Shown piece after piece: positions 8,365 through 15,824 of a stretch of 36,228 nt of DNA. How positions within the stretch are numbered: position 1 is the stretch's first letter; every line of letters begins with the position of its first letter. The notes beneath the pieces are model-generated. The model was not told the origin of the DNA and ran no database searches. It saw nothing but the letters and a program-made list of their open reading frames with translations. The stretch is from a virus (taxonomy: Duplodnaviria > Caudoviricetes). The stretch is taken from positions 1 through 36,228 of IMG/VR virus record IMGVR_UViG_3300032212_000086; one strand, 5' to 3'. The position numbers and the translations under genes are program-made.

Positions 8365-8881
8365 TTTCCTTGTATCCCATCATTCCAATATCTAATTATT
8401 TTTCGAACGTCATAAACATCACCAGCACTTGCAAAGGTGCTTGGCTTTAATTTACATTTTTTATTGGCGCAACATATTGTGAGTTTGCCAAACACTTCTG
8501 AAACACTAGGTTTCACTCCACAAATACAGGGTTCAATATCTTCCCAATCTCTATTCATTCCGCATCCCCTTCCGTTGGTGTATGTCCACAAACATCACAC
8601 TGACTACCGAAATTACCACAATGTTTACACTTCGATGTTGGTGGTTTTGGTAGTGGCATCCAGTGGGTGGGTTGGTTGCTTTCTCTTAGTCTATCTCTAG
8701 CGTTACCGTACAGACAAATATCTTGCACCATATCACCGCCAAGGGTTTTTGCTGGTGGTTCTATTCGGCCTTGTTGCACCTTACCATTGATTAAAAACAA
8801 AACCGTTTCCCCTGTATAATTTTCAACGGGTGTGTATGTCTCAATCGGTTGCCACTCTTGCGCTTTGGGTGCGGATAGGGC
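7997..8881. repeat. Perfect 32-bp direct repeat (7997-8028 and 8850-8881) shared by two DUF551 genes
   Basis: tgccactcttgcgctttgggtgcggatagggc occurs twice and encodes ALSAPKAQEWQ on the minus strand. Confidence 0.9.
8361..8558 (-). CDS. Lar-like (restriction alleviation) Zn-finger protein
   Basis: IEPCICG...CCANKKC...IIRYWN fits the Lar PCxxCG...C..C...WN layout; start re-assigned to ATG 8558 (ATGA overlap). Confidence 0.55.
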   Translation of the reverse strand: MNRDWEDIEPCICGVKPSVSEVFGKLTICCANKKCKLKPSTFASAGDVYDVRKIIRYWNDGIQGK

Positions 8882-9445
8882 TGAAAAAAGAAGTGCATCT
8901 GCTTCCGAATAACGCAACTCCATGTGTTCTTCATCACCACTACCATCTGCACAAAATTTTTCACGCGATAAAAATTCGCTAATCCTTTCTAAAACAGGTT
9001 CAACCTCTTCACTTGTCGGGGCTTCTGTTAGGCTTTGTTTATATCTATATGTTTGGGATGATTTTTTCATGTATTCAGGCCAAGCATCATACGCAACTCT
9101 TGCTTTTTCTATCTGCTCAGGCAACCATCCTTTATTTTTTATCATCAGTTCTTCGTCTGATAAAACCTCCGCATCGGCTGGCTGTTCTGTGAGGTCTGCG
9201 CGGATGTAACCACGTTTTTTAAGTTCATTCATAGCCAAAACAACACCATCTCCATAAGTTAAGTTATTTCTTACTGCGTCATCGAGGTGCATCTCCATAA
9301 TTTCATTTATAAGTTCATTGAAATCATGTGTGTTTTCTGCAATTACATATTTTGTGTTGAAATATTTAACAGGTGAATCTACCCACTCCCCACAAGTATC
9401 ATTTATGTCTGTTCTTACCCATATCTCTTTCGGCATATCAGTCAT
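8555..9445 (-). CDS. Modular early protein with DUF551-like domain and C-terminal Zn ribbon
   Basis: MPKEIWV N-terminus; WQPIET...PTHWMPLPKPP; CKHC...CDVC. Confidence 0.75.
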   Translation of the reverse strand: MTDMPKEIWVRTDINDTCGEWVDSPVKYFNTKYVIAENTHDFNELINEIMEMHLDDAVRNNLTYGDGVVLAMNELKKRGYIRADLTEQPADAEVLSDEELMIKNKGWLPEQIEKARVAYDAWPEYMKKSSQTYRYKQSLTEAPTSEEVEPVLERISEFLSREKFCADGSGDEEHMELRYSEADALLFSALSAPKAQEWQPIETYTPVENYTGETVLFLINGKVQQGRIEPPAKTLGGDMVQDICLYGNARDRLRESNQPTHWMPLPKPPTSKCKHCGNFGSQCDVCGHTPTEGDAE

Positions 9446-9668
9446 TTGTTTTCCTTGAATTTTTAAAGCTATTTATAACGTTCTGCATAATCATGCGCGT
9501 GTGGTTAATATTAAACCATTCTCTAACTGTGGCACTCTCCCTTACTTCTTCATCAGTCATGTTCATTATTTTATCAATATCCTTATTAACTTTACACTCA
9601 CCCCATTCTTTTTGGTCTAAACAATCGTTACCTCTTAAATATCCGCATTTACAATATTTATCATCCAT
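9438..9668 (-). CDS. Hypothetical Cys-containing protein
   Basis: RBS GGAGG; coupled in operon. Confidence 0.6.
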   Translation of the reverse strand: MDDKYCKCGYLRGNDCLDQKEWGECKVNKDIDKIMNMTDEEVRESATVREWFNINHTRMIMQNVINSFKNSRKTND

Positions 9669-9669
9669 C

Positions 9670-9945
9670 TCACACCTCCTCTTTCATGGCTTTTATAGCG
9701 TGATACACAATGGATGCAATCTCACCTCGTACTTTCTCATCACCACTTGAGTACCTGCTCTCAAAAAATTCTGGCACATCCTCTTTAGCAATCACGATGT
9801 GGTCTTTTGATTGGTGTCTCTCTTTAATCAAGCCCTTAATTAAACCAACACAAAATTCCAAGTCCTCTTTGGTTGGAAAAAAATATCCACGGGCATGAAA
9901 TGCGTTTATCTTCGCCTCAAGCTCTTTTTCTGTGTTATTTGGCAT
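9670..9945 (-). CDS. Hypothetical protein
   Basis: RBS AGGAG before ATG. Confidence 0.65.
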   Translation of the reverse strand: MPNNTEKELEAKINAFHARGYFFPTKEDLEFCVGLIKGLIKERHQSKDHIVIAKEDVPEFFESRYSSGDEKVRGEIASIVYHAIKAMKEEV

Positions 9946-9957
9946 TTATTCTCTCCT

Positions 9958-9995
9958 AAAAAAGCGGGGACGATGCAGTGGGATACACCGCCCCC
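9958..9995 (-). terminator. Intrinsic terminator downstream of ssb
   Basis: GGGGGCGGTGTA-TCCCAC-TGCATCGTCCCC (12-bp stem with G-U pairs), then GCTTTTTT; preceded by a second hairpin at 10000-10034. Confidence 0.7.
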
Positions 9996-10046
9996 TGTTA
10001 AGAAGTGTTACAACGGGCAAGTCAAACACTCCTCTATTCGGTTATC

Positions 10047-10490
10047 TTAAAATGGAATAGAATCCGCAAACTCTTCATCAGCTGCAGGTGGATCCGCTAC
10101 ATAAGTGTTAGGCTCATGTGGCTGGTTTTGGGAATCTCCGCGACTGTCTAGCATTGTGAGTTCACCTTTGAACGGACGTAGGACAACTTCTGTGCTGTAT
10201 TTCTCAATACCGTTGTTGTCAGTCCATTTGCGTGTTTCAAGCTGACCTTCGAGATAGACCTTTGCGCCTTTGCGTAGGTAGTTCTCACAGACCTTGACGA
10301 GACCTTCTTGGAAAATCACTACACGATGCCACTCACTTTTAGACTTGCGTTCACCCGAACTTTTATCTTTCCAGGATTCCGAAGTTGCGACGGATAGGTT
10401 TGCAACCTTTGTACCTGTTTGCATTGTTCGAATTTCTGGGTCACGCCCGAGATTTCCGACCAAAATGACTTTGTTTACGCTTCCTGACAT
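10047..10490 (-). CDS. ssb: Single-stranded DNA-binding protein
   Basis: SVNKVILVGNLGRDPE...EWHRVVIF...KGAKVYLEGQLETRKW; acidic tail DSIPF; alphaproteobacterial-style sequence. Confidence 0.97.
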   Translation of the reverse strand: MSGSVNKVILVGNLGRDPEIRTMQTGTKVANLSVATSESWKDKSSGERKSKSEWHRVVIFQEGLVKVCENYLRKGAKVYLEGQLETRKWTDNNGIEKYSTEVVLRPFKGELTMLDSRGDSQNQPHEPNTYVADPPAADEEFADSIPF

Positions 10491-10492
10491 TA

Positions 10493-10711
10493 TTATTCTC
10501 CTTTCATAAAAGACATAGGAACACAGCTCATAGCTCCAGCAGATTTATCAACGAAGCAAACGACCGGATAACCCTCTGGTTTATCTACTGCATATATTCC
10601 AGAGATAGTCGTCATCCTTGCGAGACCACCCTCACCACTGAAAACCATCAGTAGTGGGATAATCACCGCCAATATCACAGCGATAGAAATAGCTACGTAC
10701 GACTTATTCAT
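10493..10711 (-). CDS. Small single-TM protein
   Basis: MNKSYVAISIAVILAVIIPLLMVF; C-terminal Cys pair; start at 10711 inferred. Confidence 0.6.
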   Translation of the reverse strand: MNKSYVAISIAVILAVIIPLLMVFSGEGGLARMTTISGIYAVDKPEGYPVVCFVDKSAGAMSCVPMSFMKGE

Positions 10712-10913
10712 CTGTCGTAACATCATCTAGTTTTTTAGATGCCCATGGAGCTAGTTTTCTTGCCCAATCTGCAGCAATCTCATCGTCAATTGAAACCAAG
10801 ACCACACCAAGGCAGAAAACCACCCAATCAGGCGCGAAGAATGCACAGCAACAGACCGTAAAACCCATCCATGCTGTAAATTCGGTGAATTGTTTTTTTA
10901 ACCAGTTTTTCAT
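10704..10913 (-). CDS. Small membrane protein with hydrophobic hairpin
   Basis: RBS AAGGAG before ATG 10913; FTAWMGFTVCCCAFFAPDWVVFCLGVVLVSI. Confidence 0.65.
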   Translation of the reverse strand: MKNWLKKQFTEFTAWMGFTVCCCAFFAPDWVVFCLGVVLVSIDDEIAADWARKLAPWASKKLDDVTTDE

Positions 10914-10927
10914 CTTATTCTCCTTGT

Positions 10928-10957
10928 AAAAGAAAGGGGTGGGGATGAACCCACCCC
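10928..10957 (-). terminator. Intrinsic terminator downstream of terD
   Basis: GGGGTGGG-TTCATC-CCCACCCC followed by TTTCTTTT. Confidence 0.75.
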
Positions 10958-10964
10958 AATACAA

Positions 10965-11549
10965 TTAAGCTGCCATTGTTTGTCCAGTGAACAAATCAGC
11001 AAACCCTTTGATAGCAGCAGAACCACCACCTAGTTTGTGGAATTGTGAGATGTTTTCAATTTCCCAACCATTCGCACCGCGCTTAAGCGTTGCTGCGTAC
11101 AAGACGGTGTCACCTTCTTGTGCTTGGTTGACAGTGACATCAAAAACTTGTGGTGCATTCTCGTCGCGACCGTTACAAATACGGAAGTGGACGTTTTTCG
11201 CAGATGACAGGTCAGCACCGCTGTAAGCGACAAGACCAACGGCAATACTGTCAACATCCGCCTCAACCTGTGTTAGGTCGATTGTCATGCTTTCATCATC
11301 ACCTTCACCTTCGCCTGTTGTGTTATCTTCACTCAACAAGATGCCTGGTTCATCACGGTCACCGAAGTAAATGAGGCGTGTTTGTGCTGTCAGACGTCCG
11401 CCTGATAGACATGCGCCAACAAGATCAAGATCAACATCTTTACCTTCGTCTGTGTCCCAACCTGCACCGATGTACAGATTTGTGAACGCGTTTCCTTCTT
11501 TGTCTTTGATATCAAATGAGATACCTTTTTCTACAACTTGAAAATCCAT
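10965..11549 (-). CDS. terD: TerD-family (TerD/TerZ) stress-response protein
   Basis: GAGWD...DVDLD...IYFG...DNTTGEGEGDDESMTIDL...V.SI...LKR..GW motifs of the TerD domain; RBS AGGAG. Confidence 0.88.
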   Translation of the reverse strand: MDFQVVEKGISFDIKDKEGNAFTNLYIGAGWDTDEGKDVDLDLVGACLSGGRLTAQTRLIYFGDRDEPGILLSEDNTTGEGEGDDESMTIDLTQVEADVDSIAVGLVAYSGADLSSAKNVHFRICNGRDENAPQVFDVTVNQAQEGDTVLYAATLKRGANGWEIENISQFHKLGGGSAAIKGFADLFTGQTMAA

Positions 11550-11630
11550 GATTTTCTTCTCCTATTTTCTTCATATGTTTGCCAACAACTACCCTGCTGG
11601 CTTGGGTATTTCTGCGTATGCAGTAAATTC

Positions 11631-11840
11631 TTAAATTGGTTTCTTCTCTGGTTTAATATTCATTACTTCCGGCAGTTTCACAGTCACATGACCGAGGTCG
11701 TACATTGCGCTTAGAACTGCTTCATATTCGTTCAGGTTGATGACAATCACGTCATCTGATAGAAACGCGTGTGCTTTAGGGATAACCATCTGCGCCTGCA
11801 TAAATGCGACCAAGAGTATTAGTAGGAATGTTCTAATCAT
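11631..11840 (-). CDS. Small protein with signal peptide
   Basis: RBS AAGGAG before ATG 11840; MIRTFLLILLVAF...AHA cleavage-like site. Confidence 0.6.
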   Translation of the reverse strand: MIRTFLLILLVAFMQAQMVIPKAHAFLSDDVIVINLNEYEAVLSAMYDLGHVTVKLPEVMNIKPEKKPI

Positions 11841-12084
11841 GTTGATCTCCTTTGTGTGGGTGTGTAGGCCACTCCATGAACGCAATGGGCTGGCAGTCTT
11901 TTGTAAACATGTTCCAACGCCCTTGGTCAGGCATCCAATATGATGGGGTGACTAAATCATCTTTTCCCGCAAGAAAGAGCTTCACCTGCACAAGTGTTTT
12001 ACGTTCGACTTCCTTTCCCTTCTGGATGTGTGTCTCTGTCTTAATAAAGCTCTTTGGGGCTTCATCCATATTAAAGTTCCACAT
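11833..12084 (-). CDS. Hypothetical protein, divergent DUF551-like
   Basis: RBS AAGGAG before ATG 12084; WNFNMDEAPK...PIAFMEWPTHP. Confidence 0.6.
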   Translation of the reverse strand: MWNFNMDEAPKSFIKTETHIQKGKEVERKTLVQVKLFLAGKDDLVTPSYWMPDQGRWNMFTKDCQPIAFMEWPTHPHKGDQHD

Positions 12085-12099
12085 GTCATTCTCCTTTTC

Positions 12100-12169
12100 T
12101 GGTGAGATGGCAGGCATCACCCTGCGATTAGACGTCTTTATGTCGCCATTCTCCCCGTTTGGGCATCTC
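12100..12169 (-). ncRNA. tRNA-like cloverleaf element A ending in ACCA
   Basis: GAGATG-CCC AAAC GGG-GAGAAT-GGCGAC ATAAA GACGTC-TAATC-GCAGG GTGATG CCTGC-CATCTC-A-CCA; fills the intergenic gap. Confidence 0.6.
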
Positions 12170-12170
12170 G

Positions 12171-12572
12171 TTAAGCTAATTGATATCCGTAGTATGTTGT
12201 TGGTGGCAGAACCACTCCAAGCTCGTCTGCAAGCATCTCCACGGCTGATAAAAATATCCCCATCTTCTCGACTGTCAGGTCTGTAGAGCTTTTCGGATAT
12301 ACCAGCTTCACGCCTGCAACCTCTTTCTCATACGTTCCCAAAACACGAACTTTCATTTCCTCGTGAAGGTCGCCCTTGTGGTCTCCGTTGTAGTCACAGA
12401 TATGTTTGTACCAAGCCCATAACAGACGGTTTTGCTGTGTGGAGCGTGTTGGTTTCTTCTCTGCAATCTCCACGGTGTAGGTCTTGTTTTCGTTCAGGTC
12501 TTTAATGAACGAGAGACAGTTCTTTTTGACTTCTGGAGAGCGGAGGATGAACATTTCTTTTTTCTTACTCAT
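12171..12572 (-). CDS. ninB: NinB/Orf-family recombination accessory protein
   Basis: VEIAEKKPTRSTQQNRLLWAW...STDLTVEKM..FL..VE..A.ELGV.LP; start at ATG 12572 (RBS GGAG). Confidence 0.8.
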   Translation of the reverse strand: MSKKKEMFILRSPEVKKNCLSFIKDLNENKTYTVEIAEKKPTRSTQQNRLLWAWYKHICDYNGDHKGDLHEEMKVRVLGTYEKEVAGVKLVYPKSSTDLTVEKMGIFLSAVEMLADELGVVLPPTTYYGYQLA

Positions 12573-12978
12573 CAGTATCTCCCCAGTAGCTATCAGCCAC
12601 ATCTTCTTCGAATTCAACACCCCTCATATCACAATCCAATTGATAATCATCGCGTGTCATGTCTCCTAATTCTTGACAATCACCATTGAGAAATACTGGA
12701 CATGAATATCCACAATCTCCATTTATTCCAACGACCTCACAATCAGTCATAGATAATGGATAGTCCCCCTCAATCAAGGCCATGTTATTGCGTTGGTGTT
12801 CAATATCCTTCTCTGTTTTAATCTCTTTATAGGATTGACCAGCAAACCCGCCGAACACCTCCTTGCCACACTCCAGCAGTTGTTCTTTATTAAATCCTTT
12901 TGGGTGCTTTTCCTTTGCGAGTTTTACAGCATATTGAGTGTGTGCTTGCTTTGGGTTTTTCCATTTAAAATCAGGCAT
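12565..12978 (-). CDS. Hypothetical protein with Cys cluster
   Basis: RBS GGAGG; C...GDCGYSCPVF...C. Confidence 0.65.
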   Translation of the reverse strand: MPDFKWKNPKQAHTQYAVKLAKEKHPKGFNKEQLLECGKEVFGGFAGQSYKEIKTEKDIEHQRNNMALIEGDYPLSMTDCEVVGINGDCGYSCPVFLNGDCQELGDMTRDDYQLDCDMRGVEFEEDVADSYWGDTDE

Positions 12979-13306
12979 AAGCTTTATCCTCCATGTGTTT
13001 ACGTCTGTAGTTCATCACAGCAAGCTTCCCGAAAAAATCATCACCTGTGACGGTGTGTAGGTTGTTTGCAAGCTGTTTTGCCAAAGCAATGTCAGGCCAG
13101 AATGCGTTTTCTCCTACACGATGTTGCTCAAGGTTGTGACACTTGTGACACATAGGAACAACCCATTCACTTGTTGGCTTTAATCCCATTCCCCCGTTTG
13201 TACCCATTCGAATATGTGCAGCTTCACATGGAGCTGTTTTCGGACAGGTACAGCAGGGAAGGGAGCGTATAAAGCTCAGATGTTTTTCGTTCTGTTTTCG
13301 TTTCAT
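12971..13306 (-). CDS. DUF968-like Zn-binding His-Me nuclease
   Basis: HLSFIRSLPCCTC...EAAHIR...GMGLKP...VPMCHKCH..QH. Confidence 0.75.
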   Translation of the reverse strand: MKRKQNEKHLSFIRSLPCCTCPKTAPCEAAHIRMGTNGGMGLKPTSEWVVPMCHKCHNLEQHRVGENAFWPDIALAKQLANNLHTVTGDDFFGKLAVMNYRRKHMEDKAYA

Positions 13307-13953
13307 GCTGCCACCTCAAACCGTTCCATCTTCTCCTCATCCATGTAGCCCAGCTCAACCATGCGACTGCATAATTCTTTTGTACGATTTTCAACATGCT
13401 CCAAGCATTCTCGCAGGAGCAGAATGTATTCTTCATCGCGCTCAACACGGATAATGAGTGAGGGTAGGTCTGGATGGTATGACAACCAATCACACCACTC
13501 ACGATCAGCAACAAGCATTTGTCCCTGTACCTGCGGGATATATTTTGTTGGTACTTTGTTTTTAAGAAGATATCCAACATGTGTATGGTCAGCAGGACAC
13601 TTAATTTCAAGCATTCCATCGTCTCCAACCAGGCGATCTGGGCTGCACCCATATGAAAGCTGCCTATTTGTGACAAAGCCAATCTGTTGGGTGTCAATAT
13701 CATTCAGGAGTTCGTAATATTCTACAGCGTGCGGTTCCAGTTCATGCCCGCGCTCTGTGTGTTCATTCCCAGTGAAGTTACTACACGGACGCCCAAGCAT
13801 AATCTCAGCGACAAGCTGGTCTATATAAGTGGTGACCTGTGTGGATTTCTTACCTGTCCCAGTAACGAGTTTTGCAAACTCTGAGGCCGTAGGAATGCCG
13901 AGACGTAAGTTCAGCCACTCGTCTGTGTTCTGTTCAACATTATGACTGAGCAT
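13303..13953 (-). CDS. YqaJ/lambda-exonuclease-family recombination exonuclease
   Basis: QNTDEWLNLRLGIPTASEF...RGHELEP...GCSPDRL...LEIKCP...QVQGQM; start at ATG 13953. Confidence 0.9.
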   Translation of the reverse strand: MLSHNVEQNTDEWLNLRLGIPTASEFAKLVTGTGKKSTQVTTYIDQLVAEIMLGRPCSNFTGNEHTERGHELEPHAVEYYELLNDIDTQQIGFVTNRQLSYGCSPDRLVGDDGMLEIKCPADHTHVGYLLKNKVPTKYIPQVQGQMLVADREWCDWLSYHPDLPSLIIRVERDEEYILLLRECLEHVENRTKELCSRMVELGYMDEEKMERFEVAA

Positions 13954-14659
13954 CCTTTGCCTCCTTATTAGCAAGCTTCTGTTGCAAGAGGACTTTAACC
14001 GCCTTGTATTGCTTCTCAGGCAGTTCAGATAGTTTTTCAATCTGATATGTGTGACACAGACGCTCAACATCCGCACCGCTCTGTTTAATTAATTCCTCAA
14101 GAGTTTTGATTTGCTCGTCATTCACACTCAATAAACTGCCTGCGCCGTCTTTGTCATCAGTTGTGATGATATTGAACATCATTCCTAGCAGGTAACGCTT
14201 TGCGTAGGACATTGTTGAACCCTTTGCCTGAACAGCACTCTTCGAGCCTGAACTATCAGCAGGAAGGTCAATTTCAGATGTTCGTGAGTGACCATCTACG
14301 TGAGACAAGATGCCAAAATATGTAACGGTATCATCTGAGTTCTTTCGTGAATTGTACGACACAGAAAAGCCCTCCGCGTTGTACAACGGACGAATTTGTC
14401 TGTCGATTTCCTCATATGTCGCATAATTACTGTTGTGACCTGATTTGTTTTTGAAGATGACAGGGATGCGTGGTTGAAGTCTCGCCATGGCCTGATTAAA
14501 AGTAATTTCTGCCTGCTTAGACATTACACGCTCTTGCACATTAAGTAGTCGTTCCAATTTATCGACATCGACTTCTGGATTTGTTAATGCGCGCTCAATG
14601 ACGGCGACAAAGCCTGTCACTTCGCCCTCAACTGTTGTTATTTCTTTTGCTTTACTCAT
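13940..14659 (-). CDS. erf: ERF-family single-strand annealing recombinase
   Basis: KNKSG...YATYEEI..IRP...GFS...L.HVDGH...QAKGSTMSYAKRY.L...NI...DDKDG; start at ATG 14659 (RBS AGAGG). Confidence 0.9.
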   Translation of the reverse strand: MSKAKEITTVEGEVTGFVAVIERALTNPEVDVDKLERLLNVQERVMSKQAEITFNQAMARLQPRIPVIFKNKSGHNSNYATYEEIDRQIRPLYNAEGFSVSYNSRKNSDDTVTYFGILSHVDGHSRTSEIDLPADSSGSKSAVQAKGSTMSYAKRYLLGMMFNIITTDDKDGAGSLLSVNDEQIKTLEELIKQSGADVERLCHTYQIEKLSELPEKQYKAVKVLLQQKLANKEAKDAQS

Positions 14660-14675
14660 TTTCTTACCTCTTGTT

Positions 14676-14796
14676 TGGGTGGGGAGGCAGGGCGTAAACC
14701 TGCATAGGACAGGTGGGATTCGAACCCACATTTGCTGGATACCCTTAACTTGCATCTACCGCTACTTACCATGTGCATGTCGCATCCTTCATCCCC
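14676..14796 (-). ncRNA. tRNA-like element B with two tandem T-arm-like hairpins
   Basis: 5' GGGGATG pairs with 3' CTCCCC-A-CCCA; outer arm GCAGG TTTACGC CCTGC (14687-14703); inner canonical T-arm GTGGG TTCGAAT CCCAC (14713-14729). Confidence 0.55.
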
Positions 14797-14802
14797 ATAA
14801 AA

Positions 14803-14964
14803 TTAATCCTGTCTGTTCGCGTATTCCTGCATTTCGTTGTATGCGTCTGGCGTAACGCCCAACAACAACTCACAAGCCATGTCGAATAGGGCGGGTGGCT
14901 CATTCTCCATGTCGTTTAAAAAGCTTCGTGCGTCGTCATTTGCGATTGTGTATTCGTGTGTCAT
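14803..14964 (-). CDS. Hypothetical protein (53 aa)
   Basis: RBS AGGAGG before ATG 14964. Confidence 0.6.
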   Translation of the reverse strand: MTHEYTIANDDARSFLNDMENEPPALFDMACELLLGVTPDAYNEMQEYANRQD

Positions 14965-14981
14965 AGTCTTGCCTCCTATGG

Positions 14982-15218
14982 TTAAAGTATGTTTGCGTAA
15001 TATGCGGAACGATGTTGTTCCCAATCTGCTGGCACTGGATATTCCAATGCCAAGTCCTCTTTCTTTGTTTCTATTACCGCTGTGAGATCCGATAGTGTGT
15101 CGTCAAGTCCGTTGACTAGATTGTCTTTGTCGTCTTGAGAGATATCGAATGTTGATACGTCACGCGCCTTGTCTAAAAGCGTGGTGAGTTCGTTTTGTAT
15201 GTTTTCTAATTCAGTCAT
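14982..15218 (-). CDS. Hypothetical acidic protein, first gene of pL operon
   Basis: ATG about 35 nt downstream of the predicted pL -10. Confidence 0.6.
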   Translation of the reverse strand: MTELENIQNELTTLLDKARDVSTFDISQDDKDNLVNGLDDTLSDLTAVIETKKEDLALEYPVPADWEQHRSAYYANIL

Positions 15219-15250
15219 GTTTTTGCCCGTGTTCTTTATCTTATAATTTC

Positions 15251-15304
15251 ATATTATCATACTAAAATATGATTAGTCAACAGAAAATATGATTAAAGTA
15301 TGAT
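15251..15304 (-). promoter_or_regulatory. pL promoter with OL operators
   Basis: -35 TTGACT (15275-15280) with -10 GATAAT or TAATAT (16 or 18-nt spacer); operator ATCATA-CTAAAA-TATGAT at 15256-15273; further TATGAT half-sites at 15288 and 15299. Confidence 0.75.
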
Positions 15305-15460
15305 TTTTATTTTAAATCGGGAAAAAACGTGTAGAATAGTAGGGTGAAAGGTGTGTTTAATTTATTGTTGTACAACGTAAAAAACATTTTATATACTGAA
15401 CAAAGAGCGAAGATCAGCATTAACATTTACAGCAACAACCTAAATATGACATACCTCTAA

Positions 15461-15490
15461 TTGACATAATACTTTGTCGTGTAGTATAAT
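15461..15490 (+). promoter_or_regulatory. Consensus sigma70 promoter of the two-gene moron
   Basis: TTGACA-N18-TATAAT; no ATCATA-N6-TATGAT operator overlaps it. Confidence 0.75.
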
Positions 15491-15533
15491 GGAGGTAGTG
15501 ATAAAGGATTCGGAAAATAAAGAGAAGTGTGCT

Positions 15534-15824
15534 ATGAATGCGCAAGTTTTGAAAATTTTAACAGACACGTTAACGGATAATAAGGATTTACCCGTTAATT
15601 TAAGTGGTGACGGCAGCCTTTTGTCTGGACTCCAACCCGAAACTGTGGATATTATGAGAGAAGAAGCAATTAAAGAAGCATTTAGACAACACAGGGAGCG
15701 CCTTCCATTCGCAAAAATGGATGAACGTTTCAATGATCCGCAAGAGATCGAAAGGGAGAACGAGTGTCTACGGAAGAACGGCCTTCTATTATCGAAGGAG
15801 GAATCATTGGCTTTAGATTATTAA
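15534..15824 (+). CDS. Putative antitoxin (unrecognised family)
   Basis: Small acidic protein upstream of and overlapping the PemK-like gene by 61 nt; start may be GTG 15498 or ATG 15534. Confidence 0.55.
   Translation: MNAQVLKILTDTLTDNKDLPVNLSGDGSLLSGLQPETVDIMREEAIKEAFRQHRERLPFAKMDERFNDPQEIERENECLRKNGLLLSKEESLALDY

Noticed and set aside
13940-14755. ORF-track N-terminal extensions (erf from 14755, exonuclease from 14076, lysin from 4083, cI from 17375)
   Set aside because: Downstream ATGs have better RBS or promoter context, and the extensions overlap other genes or RNA elements.
14705-14780. Canonical tRNA gene around the GGTTCGAATCC T-loop
   Set aside because: No proper D-arm, anticodon arm or 7-bp acceptor with CCA could be built. 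Reported as a tRNA-like element instead.
14676-14796. Functional tmRNA
   Set aside because: Only ~120 nt, with no tag ORF, no G3-U70 pair and an imperfect acceptor stem.
15300-15764. Type III TA (ToxIN-like) RNA antitoxin array upstream of the PemK-like gene
   Set aside because: No tandem repeats or intervening terminator are seen; a protein-coding ORF occupies the position.
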